Positions 27,912-37,985 of a DNA stretch of 64,000 nt are shown here, piece by piece; position 1 is the first letter of the stretch; each line of letters starts with the position of its first letter. The notes beneath the pieces were generated by a model. The model made no database searches and was not told where the DNA came from. It saw only the letters and a list, made by a program, of their open reading frames with translations. This DNA comes from Solirubrobacterales bacterium. GTDB taxonomy: Bacteria > Actinomycetota > Thermoleophilia > Solirubrobacterales > 70-9. A program made the translations under genes and the position numbers. Where the stretch lies: NCBI GenBank assembly GCA_033856415.1, contig JAWVFA010000045.1:33162-97161 (forward strand). The letters run 5' to 3'.

Positions 27912-28792
27912 GAGCGGGAGGGGGGGAGGTCGCCGACGTCGGGATCGTCGTCCGCCGCCGGCTCCGGGGGCGTGGGCGGTGGCGGTGGGGAGGCCGGCGG
28001 CCGGGGCGGCCGCTCGGTGCCCGCGGCGCGCGCCGCCGAGCCTTTGCCGACGAAGGGCTCGAGCACGTCCATCGGCAGCGGGAAGACCACGGTCGTGTTC
28101 TGGTTGGTGCCGATTTCGAGCAGCGTCTGCAGGTAGCGGAGCTGCAGCGAAGCTGGGTTGGTGCTGATGATGTCGGCGGCGTCGGTGAGCTTCTGCGCCG
28201 CCTGGAACTCGCCCTCGGAGTTGATGATCTTCGCCCGCCGCTCGCGCTCGGCCTCGGCCTGGCGCGCCATCGCCCGCTGCATCTGCTCGGGGATCTCGAC
28301 GTCCTTGATCTCGACCGCGGTGACCTTCACGCCCCAGGGCTCGGTCGACTCGTCGATGATCTTCTGCAGCTCTTCGTTGAGGCGCTCGCGATCGGCCAGC
28401 AGCTGGTCGAGCTCGGCCTTGCCGAGCACCGAACGCAGCGCCGTCTGCGAGATCTGCGAGGTCGCGATCAGGTAGTTCTCGACCTCGACCACCGCCCGGT
28501 TGGAGTCGACGACGCGGAAGTAGGCGACGGCGTTGACGCGGCAGGGGACGTTGTCGCGGGTGATCACCTCCTGCGGCGGGATGTTGAGGGTGACCGTCCG
28601 CAGGTCGACCTTGACCATGCGATCGACCAGCGGGATCAGCAGGATCAGACCCGGCCCCTTCTGCGCGATCAGGCGCCCGAGCCGGAAGATCACCCCGCGC
28701 TCGTACTCGCGCAGGATCCGCACCGAGGAGCCGAGCGCGATCGCCCCGAAGAACAGGAGGACGAGGAAGATTCCTGCGACGACGTCCATCAA
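27908..28792 (-). CDS. SPFH/band-7 (stomatin-like) protein
   Basis: [17 protein letters not shown]...QEVITRDNV...YFRV...AERERRA is the classic stomatin/PHB domain. The C-terminus is Pro-rich. Confidence 0.9.
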   Translation of the reverse strand: MMDVVAGIFLVLLFFGAIALGSSVRILREYERGVIFRLGRLIAQKGPGLILLIPLVDRMVKVDLRTVTLNIPPQEVITRDNVPCRVNAVAYFRVVDSNRAVVEVENYLIATSQISQTALRSVLGKAELDQLLADRERLNEELQKIIDESTEPWGVKVTAVEIKDVEIPEQMQRAMARQAEAERERRAKIINSEGEFQAAQKLTDAADIISTNPASLQLRYLQTLLEIGTNQNTTVVFPLPMDVLEPFVGKGSAARAAGTERPPRPPASPPPPPTPPEPAADDDPDVGDLPPSRS

Positions 28793-29268
28793 CCGACTCC
28801 TTCGCTCGCGTTGACCGGGGTCTGCGGATCCGGGCTCACGACCAGCGTCAGCCCGTCGACCGCCTCGACCTTGACTCTATCCCCAAGTCCGATCGGGCTC
28901 GCACCATCGGCCAGCCGCGCGCTCCAGATCGTGCCCCCGAGCCAAACCCTGCCGTCGGGGTCGATCGTGCTGCGCGCCTCGGCGCTGGCGCCGACCATCT
29001 CCTCGGTCCCGGTTCGCACGCTCTCGTTGCGATGGGCGGCGAGGACTTTGCGGGTGACGAAGTAGAAGGTGATCCCGGAGATGACGCCGAGGGCGATCAG
29101 CGCCCCGCCGGCGAAGTCGGCGAAGTCGCTGTCGGAGTTGAAGGCGACGATGCCGGCGACCGACAACCCAGCCACCCCGAGCAAGGCGAGAACCCCGCCG
29201 GTCGGCAGCAGCAGCTCGGCGAGGAGCAGGCCGACCCCGATCGCTGCGATGACGACGAACGCTTCCAT
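28789..29268 (-). CDS. NfeD-family membrane protein
   Basis: Three TM helices plus a C-terminal OB-like domain ([14 protein letters not shown]...[16 protein letters not shown]). It overlaps the SPFH gene by 4 nt, which is the usual NfeD-stomatin pairing. Confidence 0.8.
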   Translation of the reverse strand: MEAFVVIAAIGVGLLLAELLLPTGGVLALLGVAGLSVAGIVAFNSDSDFADFAGGALIALGVISGITFYFVTRKVLAAHRNESVRTGTEEMVGASAEARSTIDPDGRVWLGGTIWSARLADGASPIGLGDRVKVEAVDGLTLVVSPDPQTPVNASEGVG

Positions 29269-29277
29269 CGCTTCGGA

Positions 29278-29859
29278 TTATCCGCCCTGGACGGCGTAGC
29301 GGCGAACGTCGGCTTCGAGTTCGGACTCGTCGCGGTAGGGGCCCTGTTTGAGGAAGACGAGCTTTCCGGCCCGGTCGTAGAAGGCGGTATCCGGGAGGCC
29401 GCCATAGCCGCCGAAGGAATCGAGGATTGCTTTGTCGGGATCGGTGTAGCTCGGATACGGCACCGGCTCCTCCGCGAGGAAGGTGGCGGCGGCGTCGCTG
29501 GAGTCTTCGGAGTTGACGCCGAGGAAGGCGACCTTCTTGCCGTAGCGGGCCGAGAGTTGCTGGAGGACCGGGAACTCCTGGCGGCAGGGGAGGCACCAGG
29601 AGCCCCAGACGTTGGCGACGACCGGGTAGCCGCGCAGCGCTTCGATCCGCTTTTCGTAGGCATCGGTGCCGCCGTCGAGCAGCTTGTTCGCCTGCTTGTG
29701 CAGGGCGGCGAGCGGGGGTGGGGAGCCGGCGAGCGCCTTCGCATAGTCGGGGTGGGGACCGCCGTAGTCGCCCCCCTCGGAGCCCCCGCAGCCGCTGCCC
29801 ACGAGTACCGCCAGGGCCAGCGCCCCTACCGCAATGAGTGGTCTCAATCGCCCAGGCAT
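29278..29859 (-). CDS. TlpA/ResA-like thiol-disulfide oxidoreductase lipoprotein
   Basis: Lipobox VGSGCGG and thioredoxin motif WGSWCLPCRQEFP. The start is the ATG at 29859; the longer track ORF upstream of that is antisense to the helicase. Confidence 0.85.
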   Translation of the reverse strand: MPGRLRPLIAVGALALAVLVGSGCGGSEGGDYGGPHPDYAKALAGSPPPLAALHKQANKLLDGGTDAYEKRIEALRGYPVVANVWGSWCLPCRQEFPVLQQLSARYGKKVAFLGVNSEDSSDAAATFLAEEPVPYPSYTDPDKAILDSFGGYGGLPDTAFYDRAGKLVFLKQGPYRDESELEADVRRYAVQGG

Positions 29860-30013
29860 CCGCTCAGCGGGTACAATACGTACGTTCGGTTCGCGGCTCG
29901 CGGATCGCACTGAGTAGTCGGGGGGAGACGCCAGTCGAGCCCCGCAGCCTCGTTCACTTGTCCCAGCTGCACCTCTGTGTTGTGCGGTGGGACGGAATTC
30001 CCGGAAGCCTTCT

Positions 30014-32626
30014 ATGGCCAAGACCAGCGACGTTGCCGCAGACGCGGCAGTTCCTTCAAGCGCCGACATCGAGCGTGCGGTGGCGTTCGCCCGCGAGCCC
30101 TTCCTGCTCGACGGCGAGGGGCCCGAAGCACTGGCGCCGGGAACGGCGCGGCGACGGGCTCTCGACGCATCGCTGAAGGAGCTCGACGAGGGTGCCGAGT
30201 ACCCCTCGATCCAGTGGCGCCGGGACTTCTCCCTGCTGCTTGGACTGGAGCGCTTCCTCGCCGACGAACCGCCGAAGCTGCGCGACGGGGCCGAACTCAA
30301 CCCGCACCAGGTCGACGCTCTCTCCGGGACGCTCGCCGAGCTGATGGGCCAGCAGCAGACCGCCAGCGCCATCGAGGTGGAGAACGGCAACGGCGACTCC
30401 AGCGGCGCCGCCGCCGAGCCCGCCGCCGAGGCGGATGCGGCCGTCGACGAGGACGAAGACGAGGTCGATCCCGACGAGGAGCCGCAGGACTGGGAAGAAC
30501 AGCTTGCCGAGGAGGACGAGGAGGTCGTCGAGGAGGCGCCCGAGGACCCCGGCGCCGAGCGCCGCTTCTGGTTCGAGCACGCGACCGGGGCCGGCAAGAC
30601 GGTCGCCGCCGTCGGCTTCATCGAGGCGACCAAGACCGGCGGCGTCCTGATCCTCACCCACCGCCGCAACCTCGTCGACCAGTTCATCGGCGAGATCTCC
30701 GATCGCGGCTACAAAGAGCGCCTGCGGCCGCCGCTGATGGACAGCCGCGACGACCCCGACGGCCCGGTCACGGTCGAGACCTACCAGTGGTTCGTCCGCA
30801 ACCACAAGAAAATCTCCGATGCGTACTCGATCGTCATCTGCGACGAGGCGCACACCGCGCTGGGGGAGAAAACCAGCGCCTGCATCCGGCAGTGGAACGG
30901 CCCCGTCTACATCGGCATGACTGCGACCGGGGCGCTGATCGCGCGCCACGTCGCCGACCTCTTCCCGACCCAGACCTCGCGCTTTGACCTCGCCCAGGCC
31001 GCGCGCCGCGGCGTCATCGCGCCGCTGCGGTGCCTGCGGATCCCCCCGGGCCCGGGGGTGCGGACGATCGCCAAGGTGCCGCTGCGCAAAGGCGAGGTCG
31101 ACCAGGACTTCGACCAGGAGGAGCTGGCCGCCCTGCTCGACCAGGAGCCCTTCAACGTCGCGATCGCCGACCTCTACCGCTCCCGCTTCCGCAAGATCCC
31201 CGGCGTCGTCTACACCGCTGGCGTCCAGCACGCGAAGAACGTCGCCAAAGCCTTCCGCGACGCCGGTATCAACGCCCAGGCGGTCTCAGGCGAAACGCCG
31301 AAGCGGGAACTGGCCGAGATCCTCGCCGGCTTCGAGCGCGGCACCGTCGACGTGCTCTGCAACGCGATGCTGCTGGCCGAGGGCTGGAACAGCCCGCGGG
31401 CGACGATCTGCATGCACCTGGCGCCGACTGCCTCGCGGCGGATCTACCAGCAGCGGGTCGGCCGCGTCACCCGGCGGGCGCCGGGCAAGGAGGCCGGGAT
31501 CGTCCTCGACTTCGTCCACCCGGCGACGACCCACGACGAGACGATCATCACCCTGCACAGCCTGCTCGACCGCGACGTCTACCGCGGCGGCGCGATCGTC
31601 GTCGGGCCGGTGCGGCGCGGGCGCGGGCGCAAGGTTCGGGTCGAGCGGCGGATCGTCCCGGTCTCCGACGTCGAGCAGAAACGGATGGAGGTGCTGGAAC
31701 GGGAGATCTGGCGGATCGCGGTCGAGAACCTCGATTACCCCGAGCAGCACGCCTGGGCGGCGCTGGCCGGGGCCCGGGTCAATACCCAGGGCTGGCGGCG
31801 GGCGCGGGCGATGCTGCAGAACGACCGCACCAAGGAGCTGCGTCGCCGCTTCCTGCTCACCTGCGTGCAGCGCAACCGCAACGCGCAGCTGCGGCTGAAA
31901 GCGCTGAGCGAGATCGCCGACCTCAGTGACCCCGACGCTTTCGACGACGCGATCGACATCGTCGGCACCTGGAGTCGCGAGGACAAACGGGCGGGGACGA
32001 AGACGCTGCTGCAGGCGCTGGTCGACAAGCGGATTGGCCGCCGCGATCAAGCGCAGGCCTGGGTCTGGCGGCTCGCCTCCTACACCCGCGAACTGCACGA
32101 GGAGTACGCGGTCCAGCGCTGGCGGGAGACGAAGCGGCTTTTGGGACTGCTGGTCAACTCCTCCGGCCGGGCGCACGGGCGCAACGCGCGCCGGCTCGTC
32201 CACGCGGCGCGCAAACAGGACCGGCGGCTGGCGGTGGCGCTGCTGGCCGCGGCGGTCTCCCACACCCCCGAGGGTGAGGAGGTGCTGCGCGGGGCACGGA
32301 TGCGGATGGCGCGGAAACCCTCGGCGGTGGCGCGCGAGCTGCTTAAGAACTTCCCCAAAGGTGGCAAGCGCCGCCGCAAGCGGAAACGCAAAGAGGGTCA
32401 GAACGGGCAGGGCGAGAATGGCGGCCCGCCCGAGGCGGCGGCCAACGGCAAGGCCAAGAAGAACGGCGACGCAGCAGCTAGACCCGCGCGTAAATCGCGG
32501 CGGCGAAAGAAAGCCGAGTCAGAAGCGGGTGAGGTGGACCTCACCGGCGCCGACGGCGACGCGGTCCCCGCCGGGGGTGACGACGACGAGGTAGCCCCGG
32601 TCGTCGATGCCGTCGGCGACGCCTGA
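30014..32626 (+). CDS. SF2 DEAD/DEAH-box (ResIII-type) helicase with a long C-terminal extension and Lys/Arg-rich tail
   Basis: Motif I is TGAGKT, motif II is ICDEAH, motif III is MTAT, and motif VI is QQRVGRVTR. The linker is acidic and the tail is KRRRKRKRK. Confidence 0.8.
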   Translation: MAKTSDVAADAAVPSSADIERAVAFAREPFLLDGEGPEALAPGTARRRALDASLKELDEGAEYPSIQWRRDFSLLLGLERFLADEPPKLRDGAELNPHQVDALSGTLAELMGQQQTASAIEVENGNGDSSGAAAEPAAEADAAVDEDEDEVDPDEEPQDWEEQLAEEDEEVVEEAPEDPGAERRFWFEHATGAGKTVAAVGFIEATKTGGVLILTHRRNLVDQFIGEISDRGYKERLRPPLMDSRDDPDGPVTVETYQWFVRNHKKISDAYSIVICDEAHTALGEKTSACIRQWNGPVYIGMTATGALIARHVADLFPTQTSRFDLAQAARRGVIAPLRCLRIPPGPGVRTIAKVPLRKGEVDQDFDQEELAALLDQEPFNVAIADLYRSRFRKIPGVVYTAGVQHAKNVAKAFRDAGINAQAVSGETPKRELAEILAGFERGTVDVLCNAMLLAEGWNSPRATICMHLAPTASRRIYQQRVGRVTRRAPGKEAGIVLDFVHPATTHDETIITLHSLLDRDVYRGGAIVVGPVRRGRGRKVRVERRIVPVSDVEQKRMEVLEREIWRIAVENLDYPEQHAWAALAGARVNTQGWRRARAMLQNDRTKELRRRFLLTCVQRNRNAQLRLKALSEIADLSDPDAFDDAIDIVGTWSREDKRAGTKTLLQALVDKRIGRRDQAQAWVWRLASYTRELHEEYAVQRWRETKRLLGLLVNSSGRAHGRNARRLVHAARKQDRRLAVALLAAAVSHTPEGEEVLRGARMRMARKPSAVARELLKNFPKGGKRRRKRKRKEGQNGQGENGGPPEAAANGKAKKNGDAAARPARKSRRRKKAESEAGEVDLTGADGDAVPAGGDDDEVAPVVDAVGDA

Positions 32627-33307
32627 GCCTCCCTCCCAGGCGACCTCCCGGCCCCGCAGCGCGTCGCGTTGACGCCAGGCGGCGAGGACCTCGGTTGGCT
32701 CCGCCTTGATCCATTTGTCCAGGCGCTGGTTGAGGGGACCCAGGAGAGGGGGTCCGGCGGACAACAGCGGGGAGGGTCCGGCGGACCCCCTCTCCTGGGT
32801 CCGTCGATCCGCGGTGAAGATCGAGGTGGCACGACCCTGTAGTTCGGCTGGGAACTCGTGGTCCTCGATGTAGAGGTTGAGGCCGATGCCGATTACGGCC
32901 CAGCCATCTTGGGGCCTTGCCTCGATCAGCACTCCTGCGAGCTTGCGGCCTTTTACGTGGATGTCGTTTGGCCACTTGACCTTGCAGTCGAGGTCGGGCC
33001 GCAGCTGCTCCGCTGCCTCGCAGACGGCTAGGGGGACAGCTAGGGGGAGCATGGTGTGGTGCTCCTCGAGGGGACGGACGATTGCGGAGTAGAGGAGGGC
33101 TTTGTCAGGCGGGGCGGTCCAGGTGCGGCCCTGCCGGCCGCGGCCGGCCGTCTGCTCGCTCGCGGTGACGACGGTTCCGTGCGGGGCGCCTGCCGCCCCA
33201 AGCTCACGAGCCCGCGTGTTGGTCGAGTCGGTCGAACGGAAGTGCCGATGCGGCGAACCAAACTGCCGAGTTGCCTCTTTGTCACGCATAGCGAGACAAA
33301 CCGGCAA
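32519..33307 (-). CDS. birA: Biotin-[acetyl-CoA-carboxylase] ligase (class I, no HTH)
   Basis: GRGRQGRTW, KWPNDI, and the C-terminal SH3-like domain (GIDDRGYLVV...GEV). Confidence 0.85.
   Translation of the reverse strand: MPVCLAMRDKEATRQFGSPHRHFRSTDSTNTRARELGAAGAPHGTVVTASEQTAGRGRQGRTWTAPPDKALLYSAIVRPLEEHHTMLPLAVPLAVCEAAEQLRPDLDCKVKWPNDIHVKGRKLAGVLIEARPQDGWAVIGIGLNLYIEDHEFPAELQGRATSIFTADRRTQERGSAGPSPLLSAGPPLLGPLNQRLDKWIKAEPTEVLAAWRQRDALRGREVAWEGGSGVADGIDDRGYLVVVTPGGDRVAVGAGEVHLTRF
32736..32802. repeat. Palindromic element: 20-bp perfect stem with a loop containing CAACAGCGGGGAGGG, inside birA
   Basis: GGACCCAGGAGAGGGGGTCC (32736-55) is the exact reverse complement of 32783-32802. The 15-nt loop core is identical to the reverse complement of the loop at 54601-54615. 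Confidence 0.85.
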
Positions 33308-33308
33308 C

Positions 33309-34826
33309 TCAGCCTGGGGGTCTGCCGGCGGCGTCGGCTAGAAGGGCGGCTAGGAGGCCGTCGATGTCGTGGCGCTCGGCCTCCACGTCGACTTCGAGGC
33401 CGCGGGCGCGGACGGTCTCGCTGGTGATCGGGCCGATCGAGACGATGCGGGCCGCGCTGGGGAAGCGGTCGCCGAGGGCCTCGCTGAGATTGGTGACGGT
33501 CGAAGAAGAGGTGAAGGTGACGTAGTCGGCGTTTTGGGCTGCCTCGACCTCGTCGTCCTGCGGCTGCTCTCGCACGGTCTCGTAGAGGGTGACGACGTCG
33601 ACCTCGGCCCCGCGCTCGCGCAGGGCGTCGGGGAGGACGTCGCGGGCCTCGGCGGCGCGGGCGACGAGGACGCGGGTTGCGGCGACCTCTTCGTCCTCCA
33701 GCGCCTCGATCAGGCCCTCGGCGACAAACCGCTCCGGGACCACGTCGGCGAGGACACCGCGCTCCGCCAGCGCCCGCGCCGTTCCCGGGCCGATCGCGGC
33801 CACGGTGACGCCGGCCATCGCCCGCGCGTCGAGCCCGGCGGCTTCCATCGCCTCGAAGAGGAGGCGGACGCCATTGGGGCTGGTGAGGCAGATCAGGTCA
33901 TAGACAGCCACGGCGCCGGCGATGCGCTTCACCTCCGCACTGTCGATCCGCGGCTCGATGCGGATCGCCGGCAGCTCGACCACCTCCGCCCCAAGCGAGC
34001 GCAGAGTGGCGGCAAGGCCGCTGGCCTGGGCGCGGGCGCGGGTGACGACCACGCGCCGGCCATGGAGCGGGCGGCGCTCCAGCCAGGCGAGGTCCTCGCG
34101 GCGGTTGGCGACCTCGCCGACGACGATCAGAGCCGGGGCCTTCACGGCCTCGCGCTCGACCGCTTCGGCGATCGTCCCCAGCGTCGCCGCGACGGTCCGC
34201 TGTCCCGGCCAGGTGCCGCGTTCGATCGCCGCGGCGGGCTCGCCGGGGTCGCGCCCAGCGGCGATCAGCGAGCCGGCGTTCTGGGCCAGCCGTTTGACGC
34301 CCATGTAGAAGACGAGGGTGCCGGGAAAGCGGGCCAGCGCCTCCCATTCGAGCGCGCTCTCCTCCTTCTCGGGGTCCTCGTGGCCGGTGACGAAGGCGAC
34401 GGCCGAGGCGTCGTCGCGGTGGGTGACGGGGATGCCGGCGTAAGCGGTGGCGGCGACGCCGGCGGTCACCCCCGGCACCACCTCGAAATCGATTCCCGCC
34501 TCGCGCAGCGCTTCCCCCTCCTCGCCGCCGCGGCCGAAGACGAACGGATCGCCGCCCTTGAGCCGGACGACGCCTTTACCGGCGCGCGCGGCCTCGACCA
34601 GCCGCTCGCCGATCTCCTCCTGCGGCACCGATGGGACTCCCGGCTGCTTGCCGACATAGACGAGCTCGGCGTCGGAGCGGGCGCCGTCGAGCGCGCCGGG
34701 CGGGATCAGGCGGTCGTAGAAGACCGCGTCCGCGGTGGCGATTAGCTCCAGCGAGCGCGCCGTCATCAGCCCGGGATCGCCGGGCCCCGCGCCGACGAGG
34801 TAGACGATTCCGCCTCGCGCGCTCAC
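33309..34826 (-). CDS. cobA: Uroporphyrinogen-III C-methyltransferase fused to uroporphyrinogen-III synthase
   Basis: The N-terminus [15 protein letters not shown] is the SUMT motif. The C-terminal half ([33 protein letters not shown]) is HemD-like. The GTG start overlaps the hemC stop (GTGA). Confidence 0.88.
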   Translation of the reverse strand: MSARGGIVYLVGAGPGDPGLMTARSLELIATADAVFYDRLIPPGALDGARSDAELVYVGKQPGVPSVPQEEIGERLVEAARAGKGVVRLKGGDPFVFGRGGEEGEALREAGIDFEVVPGVTAGVAATAYAGIPVTHRDDASAVAFVTGHEDPEKEESALEWEALARFPGTLVFYMGVKRLAQNAGSLIAAGRDPGEPAAAIERGTWPGQRTVAATLGTIAEAVEREAVKAPALIVVGEVANRREDLAWLERRPLHGRRVVVTRARAQASGLAATLRSLGAEVVELPAIRIEPRIDSAEVKRIAGAVAVYDLICLTSPNGVRLLFEAMEAAGLDARAMAGVTVAAIGPGTARALAERGVLADVVPERFVAEGLIEALEDEEVAATRVLVARAAEARDVLPDALRERGAEVDVVTLYETVREQPQDDEVEAAQNADYVTFTSSSTVTNLSEALGDRFPSAARIVSIGPITSETVRARGLEVDVEAERHDIDGLLAALLADAAGRPPG

Positions 34827-35692
34827 GCCATCCCCTCGGCGCGGTCGAGGATCTCGCGGGCGCCGGCGCCGAGCAGGCGCTGGACGAGTTCCGCGCCGGC
34901 GAGCGTCGGTTGTTCGTCGTCGCCATCGTGGCGATCGCGCACCCACTCGCTGCCGTCGGGCAGTCCGACGAAGGCTTCGATGAAGATTCGCCCGTTTTCG
35001 ACGCGGGCGTGGGCGCCGAGTGGGCTGGAACAGGTCGCGTCGAGCAGGGCGACGACGGTGCGCTCGGCGGTCAGCTCTCGCATTGCCTTCAGGTCGTTGA
35101 CCGCGGCGGTCGCCTCGCTCGTCACCTCGTCGCCGGCCCGTACCTGCAGCGCCAGGGCGCCCTGGCCCGCGGCCGGAACCATCACGTCGACCGGGATCGC
35201 GAAACCGATCTCCTCCTCGCGGCCGAGCCGACGGAGGCCAGCGGCGGCGAGCACGATCGCGTCCAGTTCACCGTCGGCGAGCTTGCGCAGCCGCGTGTCG
35301 ACGTTGCCGTGCAGCTCCTCGACTCGCAGGTCCGGTCGCGCGGCCAGCAGCTGGGCGCGGCGGCGCAGGCTTGCGGTCCCGACCCGTGCCCCCTCGGGCA
35401 CCTCCTCCAGCGACCCCCCGGCGCCGATCCAGACGTCGGCCGGATCCTCGCGCTTGGGGACGGCGGCGATCTCCAGGTCCACGGGCATCTCCCCGGGAAG
35501 ATCCTTCGCCGAATGGACGCCGATCTCGGCCCCGCCCTGCAGCAGTACCCGCTCGACTCCGCGCACGAAGCGCGACTTGTCGCCTGGCTCGCCATCGGAG
35601 CTCGCCTCGACAAGCTCCGCCCCGCCAAGCCGATCGCCCACCCAGCGCGCCTGGGTCAACGCCAAGGCGCTGCCGCGCGTAGCGATCCGCAT
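34823..35692 (-). CDS. hemC: Hydroxymethylbilane synthase (porphobilinogen deaminase)
   Basis: MRIATRGSALALTQA...HSAKDLP...RGNVDTRL. Confidence 0.92.
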   Translation of the reverse strand: MRIATRGSALALTQARWVGDRLGGAELVEASSDGEPGDKSRFVRGVERVLLQGGAEIGVHSAKDLPGEMPVDLEIAAVPKREDPADVWIGAGGSLEEVPEGARVGTASLRRRAQLLAARPDLRVEELHGNVDTRLRKLADGELDAIVLAAAGLRRLGREEEIGFAIPVDVMVPAAGQGALALQVRAGDEVTSEATAAVNDLKAMRELTAERTVVALLDATCSSPLGAHARVENGRIFIEAFVGLPDGSEWVRDRHDGDDEQPTLAGAELVQRLLGAGAREILDRAEGMA

Positions 35693-35695
35693 CGC

Positions 35696-37027
35696 TCAGT
35701 CCTTGCGGCGGCGCAGCTCGGTGACGTTGTCGCGGCGTCCCTCGCCCTCCGGCTCGGTCTCGACATCGAGACCGAAGAGCTCGCGAAGGGCGCTGAGGTA
35801 GTGGTAGGCCTCGTCGGAGCCCGCTGAGCGGCGGATCCGCAGCGTCGGCTCGTGCAGGAGCCGCGAGGCGATCGCCTTCGCCATCGTCTCCAGCCGCTCG
35901 CGGTCGGCCTCGCTCAGGCTCTCCCAGCGGCCGGCGTTCTCAGCCAGGACCCGGCGCACGACCTCGTCGCCACGCTCGCGCAGGGCGCTGATCGTCGGCA
36001 CCACCTCCAGCGAGCCGAGCCAGCGCTCGAAGCGGTCGAGCTCGGCGTCGACGATCCGCTCGGCCCTGGCCGCCTCCGCCTCTCGACCGCCTTGGTTGCG
36101 TTCGACGATCTGTTGGACGTCGTCGATGTCGTGGACGCTGACGCCGGCGATCTCTCGGCAGGCGGGCTCGATGTCACGCGGTACCGCCAGGTCGATCGCC
36201 AACAGCGGCCGGTCGGGCCGCTGCGCCATCACGTGCTCGAGCCCGTCGCGCTCGACGATGTGGTGCGGCGAGTTGGTCGCCGAGACGACGATGTCAGCGC
36301 TTGTCAACTGCTCGGGCAGCTCGTCGAAGCGGACCGCGGTGCCGTCGAAGCGCTGGGCGAGGCCGATCGCGCGGTCGTAGTGGCGATTGGCGACGAAGAC
36401 GGTGGCGACGCCGCGGGCGACCAGCGCCTTGGCGACCAGCTCGGCGGTCTCGCCGGCACCGACGACGAGCACCCGCTTGGCGGAGAGGTCGCCGATCGCC
36501 CGCCGCGCGAGCTCGACCGCGACCGAGGGAATCGAGACGCCCTTCTCGCTGATTCCGGTCTCCTCGCGGGCGCGCCCGCCGGCGGTCAGCGCGCCGCGGA
36601 AGAGTCGGTTGAGGATCGGGCCGGTCGCACCCTCGACCAGCGCCAGCTCGTAGGCGCGTTTGACCTGACCCTGGATCTCGGCCTCGCCGAGGATCATCGA
36701 GTCGAGCCCCGCGGTCACCTGCAGCAGGTGGCGGGCGGCGTCGCCGGCGCGCAGCGAGTAGAGGTGGCCGAGCAGCTCGGTCGGTCGGATCTCCGCCTGC
36801 CGGGTGAGGACGCCGAGCGCGGTCGACTCGGCCTCGACCGGGTCGGAGACGATCAGGTAGAGCTCGGTGCGGTTGCAGGTCGAGATCGCCGCCGCCTCGT
36901 GGATGCCGCTTGCAGAGGTCAGCTCGGCCAGGGCGCTGACCGCGCGGCCCTCGGTCAGCGAGAGGCGCTCGCGCAGGTCCAGCGGTGCGGTCTTGTGGGA
37001 GACGCCGAGGGCGAGAAGCTCGGCCAT
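35696..37027 (-). CDS. hemA: Glutamyl-tRNA reductase
   Basis: GVSHKTAP...STCNRTELY...ILGEAEIQGQVK...VVGAGETA. Confidence 0.92.
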   Translation of the reverse strand: MAELLALGVSHKTAPLDLRERLSLTEGRAVSALAELTSASGIHEAAAISTCNRTELYLIVSDPVEAESTALGVLTRQAEIRPTELLGHLYSLRAGDAARHLLQVTAGLDSMILGEAEIQGQVKRAYELALVEGATGPILNRLFRGALTAGGRAREETGISEKGVSIPSVAVELARRAIGDLSAKRVLVVGAGETAELVAKALVARGVATVFVANRHYDRAIGLAQRFDGTAVRFDELPEQLTSADIVVSATNSPHHIVERDGLEHVMAQRPDRPLLAIDLAVPRDIEPACREIAGVSVHDIDDVQQIVERNQGGREAEAARAERIVDAELDRFERWLGSLEVVPTISALRERGDEVVRRVLAENAGRWESLSEADRERLETMAKAIASRLLHEPTLRIRRSAGSDEAYHYLSALRELFGLDVETEPEGEGRRDNVTELRRRKD

Positions 37028-37233
37028 CAGGCGCTCACCTCCTCGCGTCGCTCGGCTTTGCGGTCCTCGGCGATCGCCGCGACCTCGCGCAGCTCGCGCT
37101 CAATCCGTTGCAGTTTCGCCGCCATGATCGCGACATAGACGACGAGGAGCACAACGAAGACGACGTAGGCGCCGGCAACGTACTTGCCAGCCTCGTCAAG
37201 GGGCAGCGCGGGGGCGGCAAAGAGGAGCTCCAT
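37027..37233 (-). CDS. ccmD: Small single-TM protein at the CcmD position (heme exporter protein D-like)
   Basis: 68 aa with one TM segment (GAYVVFVVLLVVYVAIMAA) and a charged tail. The ATG overlaps the ccmC stop and its own stop overlaps the hemA ATG. Confidence 0.5.
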   Translation of the reverse strand: MELLFAAPALPLDEAGKYVAGAYVVFVVLLVVYVAIMAAKLQRIERELREVAAIAEDRKAERREEVSA

Positions 37234-37955
37234 CAGCCCACCTCCGGCGCGATTCGGGAGCTGCCGCCGGAGACCGGCGCGTCGAGGGCGCGGCGCAGGC
37301 GCTTGACCTGGCCCGAGGCGCTCTTCGCGGTCAGCTCGAATTTGACCAGCGTCGTCCACAGCAGCGCGACTGCCGCCAGCGAGCAGAGGAAGGTCAGCAT
37401 CATCTCGCCGGGCAGGCCGCCGTTGGGGGTGGCGAAGGTGCGCGGGTGGACGAGGCTCTGGGCCATTCGCACGGCCATGAAGTTGAGCGGCACGAAGGCA
37501 CCGGCGGTGACGGCGAAGACCGAGGCGTAGCGGGCCTGGCGGTCGCGGTCCTCGATCGCGTAGCGGAAGGGGTAGTAGGTCGCGTAGAGGAGGAAAACGA
37601 TCAGGAAGCTGACCAGCGTCGGCTCGTCCCAGACCCACCAGTGGCCCCACGAAGCCTTGGCCCAGATCGCGCCGGTGATCAGGACCGCCACTCCGAAGAT
37701 CACCGAGATGTGGATCGCGACGTACGAATACGCGTCCCACTTGCGGTTGTCGGTGCGCAGGTGGGCGATCGCGAAGATGCCGCCGACGATGAAGCCGACC
37801 AGCGCCACCATCGCCAGGGGCACGTGGATGTAGAAGATCTTCTGGATGAAGCCCTGGTCGGCGTCGAGGGGCGCGTAGAAGAAGACCAGCGAGAGCGACA
37901 GGGCGAGCATCGCCACGGTGGCGATCGAAAGGGGTCTGAGTCCTTTGCCGTACAT
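37233..37955 (-). CDS. ccmC: Heme exporter protein C
   Basis: Trp-rich heme-handling motif WGHWWVWDEP and about 6 TM helices. Confidence 0.88.
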   Translation of the reverse strand: MYGKGLRPLSIATVAMLALSLSLVFFYAPLDADQGFIQKIFYIHVPLAMVALVGFIVGGIFAIAHLRTDNRKWDAYSYVAIHISVIFGVAVLITGAIWAKASWGHWWVWDEPTLVSFLIVFLLYATYYPFRYAIEDRDRQARYASVFAVTAGAFVPLNFMAVRMAQSLVHPRTFATPNGGLPGEMMLTFLCSLAAVALLWTTLVKFELTAKSASGQVKRLRRALDAPVSGGSSRIAPEVG

Positions 37956-37985
37956 GCCAGAAAGGTGGGGAAGGGCGATTCCCGG

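Noticed and set aside
29860-30687. N-terminal 276 aa of the 469-aa track ORF 29278..30687.
   Set aside because: Only the last 193 aa (from the ATG at 29859, with a lipobox and a WCxxC motif) form a TlpA-like protein. The Ser/Ala-rich upstream part is antisense to the well-supported helicase gene.
37234-37740. Upstream part of track ORF 37027..37740, and likewise 26839..27144 of ORF 26212..27144.
   Set aside because: These extensions overlap ccmC and galT respectively in other frames. Internal ATGs placed exactly at the upstream gene's stop codon give sensible coupled genes.
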